64,000 nt of DNA from Dicyema japonicum. Lineage: Eukaryota; Animalia; Dicyemida. The DNA lies in contig RDEW01000038.1 of NCBI GenBank assembly GCA_011109175.1, forward strand, positions 69,616 through 133,615, in the 5' to 3' direction. Both the position numbers and the translations under genes were made by a program. Below, piece after piece: positions 50,217 through 61,345 of the stretch; the first letter of the stretch is position 1; the number at the start of each line of letters is the position of its first letter. The notes beneath the pieces are model-generated. The model saw nothing but the letters and a program-made list of their open reading frames with translations. It was not told where the DNA came from and made no database searches.

Positions 50217-50350
50217 GTAACGAGCATCGGGAAACCGAGTGGCTGTTCCAAGGGATTTCTCTGGCAGTTGTCATGGGAACGGCCACTTAATTATCTCGGC
50301 TGGATTATTTTGATTGTTTTGTTGTTTAATAAATTGCTTTACTAAAAAAA
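50217..50350 (+). repeat. F5 structured repeat (GNRA hairpin, long hairpin, U-rich site, AATAAA, A-tract)
   Basis: TCGG-GAAA-CCGA; GTGGCTGTTCC/GGAACGGCCAC; copies at 2335, 27375 and 42290. Confidence 0.85.
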
Positions 50351-50519
50351 GAAATTATATTGTCAAAATGTATCGGAATATCAAAATTTGGTCAAATTTT
50401 TAATTTTTAATAACTGAATAAAATTTTACCAATAAATAATAGTATTTTTAGTGCACCAATGAATGAGCATTCCCACTACGATTGCCATTCCGATGCGCTA
50501 TCGAAATCATCGTCCCTGA

Positions 50520-51000
50520 GGCTCCAAAAGTGTGTATTGATAGTTTTTCAGATTTCTTCCATAGTTGATTTACCGACCGTCCCAACCGCTCCGAAGGTTA
50601 CAAAGGTGATTAGAACAAAACGTAAATTGTCTTCCAAGCCTGTCATTTATTCGATTTCTTCTGGTCGAAATAGTCAACAACTGGAAAATCAGTACGAAAG
50701 GACGAGGACAAATAGAAGCTATGTGGTTCGACGCACGTGACATCTCAAGCAGAGATCTTCCATTATCATCTCGTCTGGCTTTTCCCTGTATCCTGAGGGT
50801 TTGATAATCAAGGGGAAACCAGCAGCCTTTAAATTACATTGGATTGTGTCTTTGAGGGTGGCATGTTTCCGGAAATTTCGAGAAACCCTACTTCAAGTCA
50901 GAAGAGTATCTCTTTTACAGTCGAAAATTTTGATAAATACCTTGGGGCCCTTAACGGCACGTGTCAAAGTGTATGAGTTTCCATTTTTCTGAAGACTTGT
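50520..51000 (-). mobile_element. CRE-like RLE endonuclease fragment
   Basis: Minus strand KHATLKDTIQCNLKAAGFP..GKPD..DVTCV. Confidence 0.65.
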
Positions 51001-51229
51001 GAACTTGTTGAGAAGACTCATGTACTTTGATTTTAATAGAAACTCTAAAATAGCACTTTAATCCAATCGCCGTTTAAAAAACTGGAAAGATTAACAGAAA
51101 GTCTTTGTCTTTTTTCTAAAGCCCGTGACATCTGGGTACACTCAGAAGCCATGAGTACAGTGAATCATAATTGGACAACTTCAAGATATCTTCAACAATC
51201 AATATCGGCAAGAATATGAAATTGTTATT

Positions 51230-51473
51230 CATTTTTAACAAATCTTATTCTCTTCCAGCGAATTTCTGTTTCAATGTCACACAAAAAGAAAACGTCCAGT
51301 CTTTTCATTTGTGGGAATCATTTCAGCGCAGTGAGGATAAGAAAATAATCTCTTTTCGAGCCATCCTGGCACAGGGCAGTTGGATCACGCGACCCCACTC
51401 TAGAAGAACAGAGAAGAGCAGGAAAGAAGAAAGGGAATAGAAATTTTCAACAAAGTAGCCACATGGCCACGCT
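51230..51473 (-). mobile_element. Diverged F1-like element
   Basis: Head agcgtggccatgtggcta, pyrimidine tract, tagagtggggtcgcgtgatcc. Confidence 0.65.
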
Positions 51474-51689
51474 AAAATTGGATAGCCAAGAATTCTATAA
51501 GGATTATAAGGGGCCCATAGGATTTTTTGAAAGTCACATACAAGGAGGCAGTGGATCATGATGAAATGGTCCAATCCACAAATTATCCAAAAGGGAAAAA
51601 GACCTTTCACGAGAGACATGATATTTTTTAGCTCTTCAAGGCAAGAAACATTTTTTATCAGAGTAAAAAAACAGCTATACTAACTAACT

Positions 51690-51885
51690 AGTCGTTTAAA
51701 GAGAGGGAAGCAAAGAATGTTCTTTAAATTTTTTTTTTTTGTTGCTGTGAGTCCTTTGTAGACGTTCCTATGTATTCACTGATGACGACGTCACTAGTGA
51801 AACCCAAAGATGTGAAACCTTCAGCTGGAACGTACATCAGCGAGATTATAACCAGGAGTCATCAGGATTTTGTTCGGCACTTATG
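51690..51885 (-). mobile_element. Degenerate S1 SINE
   Basis: cactgatgacgacgtcact and gaaaccttcagc...cagcgagatt match other S1 copies. Confidence 0.7.
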
Positions 51886-51974
51886 ACAATGCGTCATCCC
51901 GCCTTGTGTACGCTTGGTTAATTTTTCGCAAACAACTCATTTAGAAAATATTTAAGTTTAAATTAAATCAAATT

Positions 51975-52240
51975 ATTATTTATTCCAGATACACCGAGAA
52001 AGAAGTTAACCGTAAAAAACTAAGTGTATCCGGTTTTTACTGTCACAGAAACAAAGTCCTTCAACGTCATACAAGTTCATCCAGAAGCAGCATATAAGGT
52101 AAAAGACGTCCATTCATTTCGGCTGTGGAAACCCCTCCAGTGGAATGGGAAGATAAAATGATCTCTTTTGTCATATTGGGCGCCACTCTAGTAGAAACGG
52201 AGAAAGGAAGAACAGACAAAAACAGAAATCTTCAATAGCA
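51975..52240 (-). mobile_element. F1 element with internal deletion of the four-helix module
   Basis: gatacaccgagaaagaagtt...aagtgtatcc hairpin and F1 body. Confidence 0.8.
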
Positions 52241-53407
52241 TAATAAACAGTTCCAAAAATAACCTTAGTAATATTCCAAGGAATGCTTACTGAAGAAAAA
52301 TGTGATATCAATCACTCAATAAGACCATATTGCGAAAGCTAACCATACACTCATCTGTATGCGGAAATTAAGGCTTGGTACGGAGACCTCATACAGACAG
52401 TGATTCCTTACCTCAGTTATGGTCTTGAAGGATGATGCCTTTCAAAAAAACAAAAAGCAAGTTGGTAAAGTCTAGGAGAGCAACAATAAAGATTGTTCTC
52501 GATTCAAATTCGAAGTATCGGGGATTATAAATGAAGGATGAAAACCAACTTCCTTGTCTTATGTATATTGGATCGGTGACATCCTCAAGACATCAGAAAC
52601 CTGAAGATTTGAACTAATTACTGTAACGTTTCGTGTTAGAATACCACAGTTTTAAAAATTGGATGACCTTGACAAGGATTATTCTCCATGTAACTCCAGT
52701 TATTGATCACATAGCCGAGTTTTTTCTATATTATTGCCGATTATTACCTCAGTATTTCAGGGTTAAAAAGAAGAGAGAAAGTTCCCAACTAGGTGACCCC
52801 ATACCGATACAGGGGGTCCTATGCGACTTGGACGAGAATCTGGATTGCTCTCCAGAAAGGACATGTTGTTATCTCGATCTAGGACGGTTTCTAAGGTATT
52901 TGTTCATGGCTTCATCGAGGGGGTGTTATAGTCCTCACCATCTTTTGTCGTCGACCACATTTTTGTTGATATCCCCGAAATTAGTTCCCCCTCTGGACTA
53001 CGAGAGAGATACGTCACAAGAGTAAGCAGCGTTCCCAGGGTCACATTATAGATTATTTTCCAGCCCCGACATTTTACTGACACATACCGCAATCAATATC
53101 ACCCACGTGTTACATGCCAAAGAATTTCATTAGTCTTTCTCATTAAAACAAAAACTACTCATGTGAAGTATAAATATGTCACCACAAAAAATGTATGGCA
53201 ACCACGTGTACTTGCAAAATATTATCCATAAAATCTTATGTAAAAGTTATCAAATACCATTCAACATAATAATTTACATAATTCTTAGAAACAACAATTT
53301 TAGAGTATTCCCTAGAAATCCGTAACCCCCCTACACTGAAGATAGAAGAGAATACAAATGGAAATTTATTTTAACAAGAAATAACAAATTTATTAGGATG
53401 AAAAAAA

Positions 53408-53883
53408 TTAATCTTTCTTTTTTCCTTTAAACGATATCATCCACCTTTCGATATCATCAAAGTTAAGGGCAGCGATTCTTTTATCAATTTCCTGGCCTTT
53501 AATAACCAATATACCATTTGAACAGCTAAAACGATGGAACTATGCTTCTCTCTGGGAAATGCACGCGAAAGAACCCTTTTGAGATCCATTTCGAACTGTT
53601 GTCGAAAATTTGGAGTGGCTTTCTCAAAAAGTGTCAAAATTCCGCCTTCAGCGATTCCAAGAGACTCAATAGTTGTAAGCTCTAAACATCAAACAACCGT
53701 CAAACCTGAAATAACTGCACCACGGTACAAGATCTTTTGATTTTGGGGAGGAATATTCAGATTGGTAGCTATCCAGTCCATTATTTCACGAATGCTAGAG
53801 TTGCTGGCAACCTGCTATCAACAAAGCTTAAATACATCGACATCAACTGTAGCCCCTTTGACATGACGAACTTTAATTTTCAT
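53408..53883 (-). CDS. UBL4A: Ubiquitin-like protein 4A (Get5/BAG6 complex)
   Basis: Splicing three introns (24, 24, 23 nt) gives MKIKVRHVKG..LNIPPQNQKILYRG..LKRVLSRAF..LNFDDIERW, i.e. a UBL domain plus the LTLDDIERL-type C-terminus. Confidence 0.85.
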
Positions 53884-54079
53884 TTGCTTCCAGAAATAGT
53901 TACAACAATGATTTTTAAATCCACAAGAATAAAAATTTAAATTTAATTTAATAGAATCAAATTTACAATTATTTTTTTATAAAAATAACTCATTTTTAAT
54001 TTATCATTCGCCAATTTTAATTTAAATTGTTAATCAAAAGAATTTTTAATTTAACATACTCTTGACCGCTTGTGTTTTC

Positions 54080-54236
54080 TAGACGTGAAATGTCTCGCAG
54101 TCATTCAAAAGGATCCACTATTCTTTCCACCATAGACAATTTCGTTACCTGGTGACAAGTTCTGGAATCGATGGAACTCGTCAGGATCAAGGAGTTAGTT
54201 TCCCTTGGTCTTTGGAATAATTTTATTTATTTATTC
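54080..54236 (+). mobile_element. F3 short element, 3' part
   Basis: Parallels 54850-54978; hairpin AGGATCAAGG/CCTTGGTCTT; (TTTA)n-like tail. Confidence 0.75.
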
Positions 54237-54732
54237 CCCTAAAGAGCAGTCTTAATGTACAGAGGCTTGCATATGTCTTGAGGACTGCACCCTATTTCAT
54301 CCAATACGATCAACTCGGGATCTTCCGTTAAATAGAAGAGCGTATCTTCAATGCCCGATTTGAAGAAAACTCTTGAAAGCAGGCCACACTGCCGGTCAGA
54401 TTCGGGGGACTTAGAATTCACAGCTCTATAGACATTTCTCTCCTTTCATATCTCTCGTCGTTAATGGCGTGTGATGCCCTTGTCAAGAGGTTTCTACACT
54501 CCGTCCATCTACTGACCAAGACGTCGTTATGCACCTGAGGCCTGGAGCCGTACCTATCTGTTTTTCCCACTTTTCCTTGAACTCTCAAGGATCTGGATGA
54601 TGCATCCTGTCTATTTGAGCGAATCTTACTCGCCATCCAGAAAGGGAAAAGCCACGCAGTCTACTGTTTAACCAACGGTTGATTTTAAATTTTAATTTAT
54701 TTTACATTAGCAAAGTTAAATTATTAATCACA

Positions 54733-54978
54733 AGCGTGGCGCCATGTGGTGCTACGTGGATAGTTTGTCAAAATTTATTTTCCTTCCTTCCGATGGCGTC
54801 ACTGGATCCACCTTACTGAGGAGCCGCCCAATGCCTGGCCGGCATCAAGAGGATCCAACAATTCTTCCCCGGGGACAACGTCGTTACCTGGCTACAAGTT
54901 CTGAAATGCTGGAACGAGTCAGGATCGAGGAGTTAGTTAGTTTGGTTACCCTTGGTCTTTGGAAATAATTTTAATTTA
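54733..54978 (+). mobile_element. Full-length F3 element (shared head, four-helix module, 3' hairpin)
   Basis: Head shared with F1 at 46942; module 54795-54856; tail shared with 54180-54236. Confidence 0.8.
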
Positions 54979-56177
54979 AGCAGCCCAGTTCCCTTAGCTC
55001 ATAGCCAGTTATCAAGGTCCATCACACCTAAGTCAACGGTATCCTTAGGATGAATCTCTTTTTCCTTGCCTTATTAAAATATTGCCTTTTATCAAATGAG
55101 ACATAAAATTGTTTAATAACTGTCGTATAACAAAACCGACCCTTAGAACAATGAATTCGAAATTTCATTGATGACTCATTTTCAACTATCGAGATGTCTC
55201 AAAGGTGATTGGGACGAAATGGACAAGATTTTCGACTTCTTCAATTTCTTCTATTCAGCAAAGATGCTAGAAAGCACTAACCGATAAGCGGTATACGAAA
55301 TGACTCGTGTCAAGTTCAAAATGTTCCATTACCTAGAATTGACCACCAAAATATCATTTTAACATTGGGCTACACTTAGAAGCCATGACGTCCTTGAAAT
55401 CCATCGATTTTCCAGTTCATCTCCGTTTGTGTCACGAAATGCAATGAAGAGATTAAATTAATGAAATTTTCTTGATTTTTGAACAATAAAAAAGATTCAG
55501 ATTATCTAATGAAACTCGTAGATGCTCTTAAAATCTTCTATCCAAAAAGCATGTTCCCTGATTTTCTAAAAGAATATAATATTTTAGTAAAAATTAACTT
55601 TTGTTGTAATCTTTAAGTTTTTAGATCAAAAAATATTTAAATTAAAAATAAATAAAATTAAATTAATATCGCTAAGATATTTATACTTTTAAAAATATTG
55701 TAATATGAATATTTCAACATTTCATCGGAAACCAGGGAATTCCTCAAATATTTAAAATTGTATCTATTTTATAAATTTCAGCAAAGTCCTCTTTATAAAT
55801 GGGAGAGCTACTTAAATGACACAGAATGGGCTTCTCGAAACGCCCATTTAAGAAACGCGGATCTGCGAATATGAATGATTATGAAAATAGACTCAAAAGG
55901 TCTAAAATGTAGTTTGAATATTGTAATTTAGTTATTCCTATTCGCCAGAATATTTGGGCAATAATATCTGCTTTGATTTCCGTCGATTCCCAGTCTCTCA
56001 GTTTAGGATTAAAGAACCTCGTCGAGGACTCAGATCAGATGAAATTCATTCGAACTCAAGTCAAAAATATCCTTAAAACTAAAATTAGTTTTAATAAAAT
56101 TAATAATTTAACCAGTCTTTTAAAATTTTAAATTAATTTCAAAATTCAAATTGACTTAACTGCTGAGAGTCTTTTTT

Positions 56178-56495
56178 ACTACTACAAATAATACTGCACT
56201 TGGCGCAGAGCCATATTACCTATAGCTCCACCCAGGCAGGAAACACTTAATTTATGTAAAGAACAGTTGTGATAACTAATCGTAGAGGGATTATTAAGGA
56301 ATGCTCTTCACTTCTTTTTTTTCTTTTTGTTGGTGTGAATCCTTTATAGATGATCCGGTTCCGAGTGAAATGTTCACTGATGACGGCGTTACTCGTCAAA
56401 CCAAGGCATCATAGATGCGGGAACCTTCAGTCGGAATATACAGTAGAGATTCGAACTAGGGGCCATAAGGCATTTTACCCAACACTCTTAACACT
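56178..56495 (-). mobile_element. S1 SINE
   Basis: B-box (gattcgaac on plus), core motifs, RTE-type tail. Confidence 0.8.
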
Positions 56496-56789
56496 CTTTT
56501 TTGCTAAAAATTTTAATTATTGATCAACATTAGCGATAAATCATGCTCCAGCTGCCAAAAAAATTGCACATTGCTGCAGATAATTAAAATTTTTTGGTTC
56601 TGTAAGACCCATCCCCGTTCGCGGGAGTCACTGGGTTGCTTCGCGATTGCATACCACACGAGAAATCTTCTATGTGAAAATGAAAAAAAGTCTTCATATC
56701 AAAAAATTAAAAACAAAATAAAAAAATATGACTTAGAAGGCAGTAGTATCGACTTTGACTATTCAAAGTCTGTTTTAATTACTAACAGC

Positions 56790-57260
56790 GTTCACGAAGA
56801 TCCTCTGGTCGGGCTGAGATGAGGTTTCCGACTCTTGAGGAGTATGAAGGACAAATGTCTGATTGCTTCAGAGGTTTCCACAACGAAAAAGGAAAACGTC
56901 ACATCACTGAGGTCTGCATACTTTCGACACTTGATGTTTCGGGCTTGTCATCGGCTAAACAGGTTTTGGCAGCATTCTGATGGAAAATCTCCTACGCGTG
57001 ATATCGAAGACTAGGGGTTTCTCAGCCGCAAACTGATAGATGGCCATTCAATGTTTTTCGCCTCGTCCGTGCGTATAGACGGGTTTGAGTACTGAATAGA
57101 AATCAACCTGTCCACGATTTTGTTTATGGCTTTATGCCTAGGGAACTTGTCGGTGCCCTTCCTGCAACCGGCTGGATGTAATTCAAAACCGTCAATCCGC
57201 TAACTGTACCGACGCATTAAAAATTAACCTAAAATCATTGAAAAGGGGTCTGAAAACCGC
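56790..57260 (-). mobile_element. CRE-like RLE endonuclease fragment
   Basis: RHKAINKIV, KPLVFDIT, RKYADLS..FFVVETS on the minus strand. Confidence 0.6.
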
Positions 57261-57314
57261 GTACGATCTGGATTCTTTGATATCATTGGTTAACAGTCGA
57301 GGACCTTGGAAGAG

Positions 57315-57440
57315 TTAGATGTTCACTGATGACGGCGTCACTCGTCAAACTAAAGCATCGTAGATGCGTGAAACCTTCAGCCGGAAAGTACAGCATTGAG
57401 ATTAGAACTAGGGGCCATCAGGACTCTTTTTCCACACTGC
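57315..57440 (-). mobile_element. S1 SINE 5' half
   Basis: ttcactgatgacggcgtcactcgtcaaa..gcatcgtagatgcgtgaa..gaactaggggccatcagg. Confidence 0.8.
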
Positions 57441-57863
57441 AGGGCTCTTTCCCCAAACTGCTCAACCTTCCAAAATTCTAAACGTGTAAATTGTTTCATT
57501 CTATCTTTCCACTCGAAAACTGATAAACTTATATGATCAGAGTCATTCATGTTGACTTTTTGCAAAGCAGTGAGCATTGTTGAACGTAATTTTCAGAATG
57601 AGGCCAGAACCAAAAATACACCATATTCAATCCCCTTGCACAGTTCGTGTTTCCTCTTTAGGTCTTCAATGTCTAGCTGCAACTATGGAGCCATTTTAGT
57701 AAGACAAATAGATAGCTTTGGGGTATAAGGTCGTAGCAATGATGGAGATAACGGTGATCCTTGTGGGACTTTATTTTTGGGAGTCAAATATGATTAAGTC
57801 ACTTTTAATGGAGGAAACAGAAATGTATTGACAATTTTAACAAATCCAGTTAAGTCAAGATAT

Positions 57864-59499
57864 TTAAATATTTCTGATTGATTTTTCAAATTGGTAAATC
57901 TGCTCTTTGATATTCTTGAGATTCTTCATGAGCTCTTTAGAACGAGAAGTCGAATTCATAACATTTTTTAGAATTTGCATATCAATCTGCTCGGTGGGAG
58001 TTTCAACGGCGTTTTCGTTCAGTCCAATTGTGACCTAAACTGTTATGGTTATGTAAACCTTATAAAGCTGCCTTTCAATGTTTCGCAGCTTTGCTTTCAG
58101 ATTTTTGATGTCATTTTGATATCCTTCTATTTCTAGATTTCGCCTCTTTTCAAGTTCCTGATACCTCTGGGTCATAATTTTCAGTTTATTCTGAACATTA
58201 TCAGTTTTGGACTTGAAAATTATTCAAATTAAAAAAACTTGGAATATCGATTTCGTCATGTCGGTTTCTTCCTTATAAATTGAAACCTGCTCTTCCAATG
58301 AGATCACCTGCTGTCGATACATATCGGCTAGTCGATTGGCCTGATCACATTGGTTTGTGATTTCCTTGAAAATTTATCTAAAAATAACCTCGAGCTCTTT
58401 TCTGAGTTTGGCTCTACTTCCGGATTTATCCCAGAAGATATTTCTAGAGGAGGCTTAATCTGATATTTTATATCGTATTTGTGCTTGCAGGCGTCCAACT
58501 GCTGTAATAAGCGATCTTTCTCAGAGATCCACTGCTTTTCCTTGGACCGACATTCCTGTCTTAAGTCAATAAAATCTTTTGTGGCTGAATACATTAATTT
58601 TTGAGATTTATTCACCCTAAAGTTCAAATAAGAGTGAATTACTTGGTTACTAATTCTTTGATCCTCTCTGTGTCCTTTCTTCTCTGTGCATCAAACTCCT
58701 GCTGTTTGATTCTTTTGTCACTGAGGAATGACTCGTTGAGTTCCTTTGAGATTTGAGTCTGTTGCTCTAATTGAATCTAAATCATTTCTTTTTCGATTAC
58801 TTGCAATGCTTTTAGCTTATTTTGAAGAATTTCATTCTCAAAATTTGATCTAAACTTGTCATCCGTTCTAGTAGGTTCTTTACAGTCTAAAAGTTCTACA
58901 TTAATAGTACTATCAGGTTTCCGACTCATTTTTAGAGCCTTACTCAATTTTGCGACATTTTCATTGGCACCATTTGCTTATTTGGCGGGTTTTTGAGAAA
59001 AAATGTAATCTCCCCTTCAGTTTTTCCACAGAAAGTTAGTAAATGTTGTATCTTCTTTTTATCTTCGAATTCTTTGATCTAAGGTTGGTCAACACTGTAG
59101 ACCTTTAAACGGTCGTTTTCAGAATATAGTTTGAGCACATGCTCACGTTCTCACGTTCTTGAAACAAGTATAATTTGCATGTCGCTTAACGCTTTTTTGA
59201 GTTCATTAATTTCATCATTTCGTTGTATCAAGTCGAATTCTAATTTTTGCTAAGCTTTAAATACGATGGAGACCTGATCAGAAAATTTATCTTGCAAGGC
59301 ATCCAGTTTCGTGTGAAATCGTTCGTTTTCCTCATCATAGTCGGAAATTTTCTTTCTGTAAAAACTCTAATAGTTCCTTTGAAGGACGTAAATATCCTTC
59401 AATGTTAACAACCATGGAACCCAGTCTGTCGTTGATAGATAGCATGCACCGATCACCTGTTTCACCGTTTTCAACCTCCACTTGGTTATCAACTTTCAT
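57864..59499 (-). CDS. CCDC77: Coiled-coil domain-containing protein 77
   Basis: SINDRL, LRPSKELLEF, QKLEFDLIQR..ELKKALSDMQ, EREHVLKLYSENDRLK, ATKDFIDLR, YRQQVISLEE, TQRYQELEKRRNLEIEGY; contains apparent indels (see findings). Confidence 0.85.
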
Positions 59500-60190
59500 T
59501 TATATCAAGTAATCCGTAAGGACCACAATTTAATAAAATTTCTATGGAAATAGTATTTTTTAGAAAATATTTTTTGATAATATTTAATATTCACGATAAA
59601 TCATTTAAAAGAATATTTAAATAAAACAAATAAAAATTTTAATTTAGGTGTCTATAATGGAAATATAAAAATACCTTTCACGAAAAACTAAAATCTTGTG
59701 AATCACCTTCGACACACACATGTCCTTTTCCTCTCATGTCGACGTCATGTCTGAAGCTGCTAAAGAAAGCTATTGATAATCAAATCTATTTTTGGTGGCA
59801 TTAAAACTCCTTTTCCAGTTAAAATTGAAATTATTGTAAAAACAATTCATTGAGCCAACTGTCAGCTATGCTTGTACATGATAGGGAATCAATCTGTCCT
59901 GGACGAACAAATAAAAAATCAGCGACATTTAGTCATTGACAGCCACTACTACTAGTAATCTCGGGAAACTAGAAAAACAAATCCTCATCACTTGAAGGCC
60001 TTATCCGACAAAATGGAAATGGATTTGCTTCTCTGTGTAAACAGTACAACTCCCAACAGTACACAGCCAAGACGTGTCTTATGAGAAGGGTATATATCAT
60101 CCCTCTCCAATTTCTATTCCCCAAATCATTACGCCCACAGAGAAGTTGCTTTGGTTCCCAGAAGGCGCACAAAGAGAAGATAAGAAATCT

Positions 60191-60861
60191 GATATCTAGA
60201 GCTAATACATGCGTAAAGCTCATTAAAGCGCAATTATTAGAATTAGTTGAATTTGCTGATCACCGGGATATCCAGTGACATATCAATTAGATGTCCGCCC
60301 CATCAATTGTTGACGGTGAGGTAGTGGCTTACCGTTGTTACAACGGGCAACGGGGAATCAGTGTTCGATTCCGGAGAGGGAGCATGAGAAATGGCTGCCA
60401 GATCTATGGATTGCAGCAGGTGCGGAAATTATCCACTTTTGGCATAAAGAGATGATGATGATAAATAACGGATCTGGCCATTTGTTTAGAGATCGTAATG
60501 AAATAATCGTAAAAGCTTTAATGAAGGCAATTGGAGGGCAAGTCTGGTGCCAGCAGCCGCGGCAATTTCAGTTCCAATAGTGTATACTAAAGTTGATGCA
60601 GTTGAAAAGCTCGTAGTTGGATCTCGGTTTTGTGTGTAATACATGCAAGTAAACCATTGATGTAGTTAGTCTGTGGCTTTACCTTGAACAAAATAGAGTC
60701 CTTAAGGCAAGCATTCTGCTTGAATATTTCAAGATGGAATAATAGAAAAAGACTTTTCTATTGGTTAACAGTAGCAAAGTAATGATTAACAGAGACAGAC
60801 GGGGGCATTCGTATTGCACCGCATGAGGTGACATTGGTAGACCAGTGCTGAACGTACTACA

Positions 60862-60900
<39 letters not shown>

Positions 60901-61047
60901 GAAAGTTGGAGTACCGAAGTCAATTAGATCTCGTCGTAGAGTTAACTATAACCAATGCCAACTAGTACTCCGCTAATAAGTTTTTGTACATTAGGGGTTG
61001 CTTCCGGAAACCAAAGTCTTTGGGCTCCGGGGAAGTATGGTTGCAAA

Positions 61048-61096
<49 letters not shown>

Positions 61097-61345
61097 GCGG
61101 CTCAATTTGACTCAACACAGAAAAACACAGTAAGGATTGACAGACTGATAGCTTTTTCTTGATACTGTGGGTAGTGGTGCATGGCCGTTGTTGGATGGTG
61201 GAGTGATCTGTCTGGTTAATTACGAACGAGACTCAAACCTACTTACTAGTTGTTCGATTCTAGTCGTTCAACTTCTTAGAGGGGTCAATGTTTAAAACAC
61301 TTAAAAGTGAGCAATAACAGGTCTGTGATTGTTCTTAGACGTTCC
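60191..61345 (+). pseudogene. Partial, degenerate 18S rRNA copy
   Basis: ctagagctaatacatgc, ttcgattccggagagggagc, gtgccagcagccgcgg, aaacttaaaggaattgacggaagggcaccacc, gcaataacaggtctgtgat; both ends are missing and there are deletions in conserved segments (after gactcaacac, and gttaatt^acgaacg). Confidence 0.9.

Noticed and set aside
50459-50992. Unknown intron-containing plus-strand gene
   Set aside because: No consistent spliced frame was found; the minus strand encodes a CRE-like endonuclease remnant.
57325-57375. Hammerhead ribozyme in S1 (CTGATGA...AAAC, three stems)
   Set aside because: The G12 position is C (CAAA rather than GAAA), there is no NUH cleavage triplet before stem I, and it lies antisense to the predicted Pol III transcript. 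Kept only as a structured domain.
60191-61345. Functional 18S rRNA gene
   Set aside because: Both ends are missing, conserved helices carry deletions, and there is no ITS/5.8S/28S context.
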